DNA of 63,968 nucleotides, counting the filler, from assembly GCA_964501035.1 (NCBI GenBank). It is 5 parts of 5 records of this genome, joined end to end, with 100 filler letters (N's around TTAATTAATTAA, not from the genome) between each part and the next. Parts side by side here need not be neighbours in the genome. Positions count along the whole stretch, not along the records: positions 53,830 to 63,968 come from CAZCRK010000061.1; 4 more parts are not named here. One strand, 5' to 3'. Positions 63,473-63,968 of this stretch are shown here, piece by piece. A program made the translations under genes and the position numbers. A model generated the notes under the pieces. The model was not told the origin of the DNA. It searched no databases and saw only the letters and a list, made by a program, of their open reading frames with translations. The first letter of the stretch is position 1, and every line of letters starts with the position of its first letter.

Positions 63473-63968
63473 TAATTTCTTCTAAACCTGAAATTGAATG
63501 TTTATATTTTCTATTACATTTTTGACAAATTAAGTCTTTAGCTAGTTTTTCTCCACATTCACATACCCAGCCGATTTGTTTGGCTGGATTTCCAACAACA
63601 AGAGCATAATCTAGAACATTTTTTACTACAACCGTGCCTGCACCAACAAACGCGTGCTTTCCAATTGTGTTTCCACAAACTATTGTTGCATTGGCCCCAA
63701 TAGATGCCCCTTCTTTAACCAAGGTTTTAAGGTAAAATTCACTACCTCTTTGTGGGTATTTGCACCGTGGGTTTAATATGTTTGTGAATACCATTGATGG
63801 ACCACAAAACACATAATCTTCTAACTCCACACCTTCGTACACGGATACATTATTTTGAATTTTTACATGGTTTCCAACAGACACATTATTTCCAATATTT
63901 ACATTTTGTCCAATTGAACAATTTTTACCAATATTTGAATTCGATTGAATATGTGAAAAATGCCAAAC
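63462..63968 (-). CDS. WbpD/WlbB-like hexapeptide sugar N-acetyltransferase, 5'-partial
   Basis: VWHFSHI...IGQNV...[30 protein letters not shown]-terminal CECG...CQKC. Confidence 0.88.
   Translation of the reverse strand, partial: VWHFSHIQSNSNIGKNCSIGQNVNIGNNVSVGNHVKIQNNVSVYEGVELEDYVFCGPSMVFTNILNPRCKYPQRGSEFYLKTLVKEGASIGANATIVCGNTIGKHAFVGAGTVVVKNVLDYALVVGNPAKQIGWVCECGEKLAKDLICQKCNRKYKHSISGLEEINET

Overview
AT-rich (about 30% GC, estimated by eye) bacterial DNA, mostly housekeeping genes. It is probably from a marine FCB-group organism such as Candidatus Marinimicrobia; this is an inference from gene content and the EPFxDxNxNG repeats. The window is not one locus. Four 100-nt N/TTAATTAATTAA/N linkers join five contigs (1-14523, 14624-27693, 27794-40783, 40884-53729, 53830-63968), so adjacency across linkers carries no biological meaning. 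Contig A: FecR / outer-membrane barrel / CHASE2 adenylate cyclase cluster, PorX-like REC-PglZ regulator, tsaE-tsaB-rimI-accD-guaA, a decayed four-helix-bundle gene inside inverted 7-mer arrays, then glmS. Contig B: ileS, dksA-like, lspA, rluD, xerC, pckA, hpf, a nucleotidyltransferase, metK, ahcY and an acidic lipoprotein. Contig C: cdsA, oppABC, an orphan GlmL-like ATPase, a Cys-rich thioredoxin-fold protein, rlpA, pyrDK and a TPR-LysM lipoprotein. Contig D: PorZ-like protein, add, POT transporter, long ispG, tRNA-Val(TAC), lon, lipA and a TPR protein. Contig E: atpDC, a LysM lipoprotein, grxD-bolA, and an envelope cluster in which an animal-NANS-like NeuB, a HAD phosphatase and NeuA sit with waaA, whose N-terminus has no canonical start codon. 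No CRISPR array, rRNA, prophage or intact transposase was seen. All product calls come from motif recognition; no database search was run.
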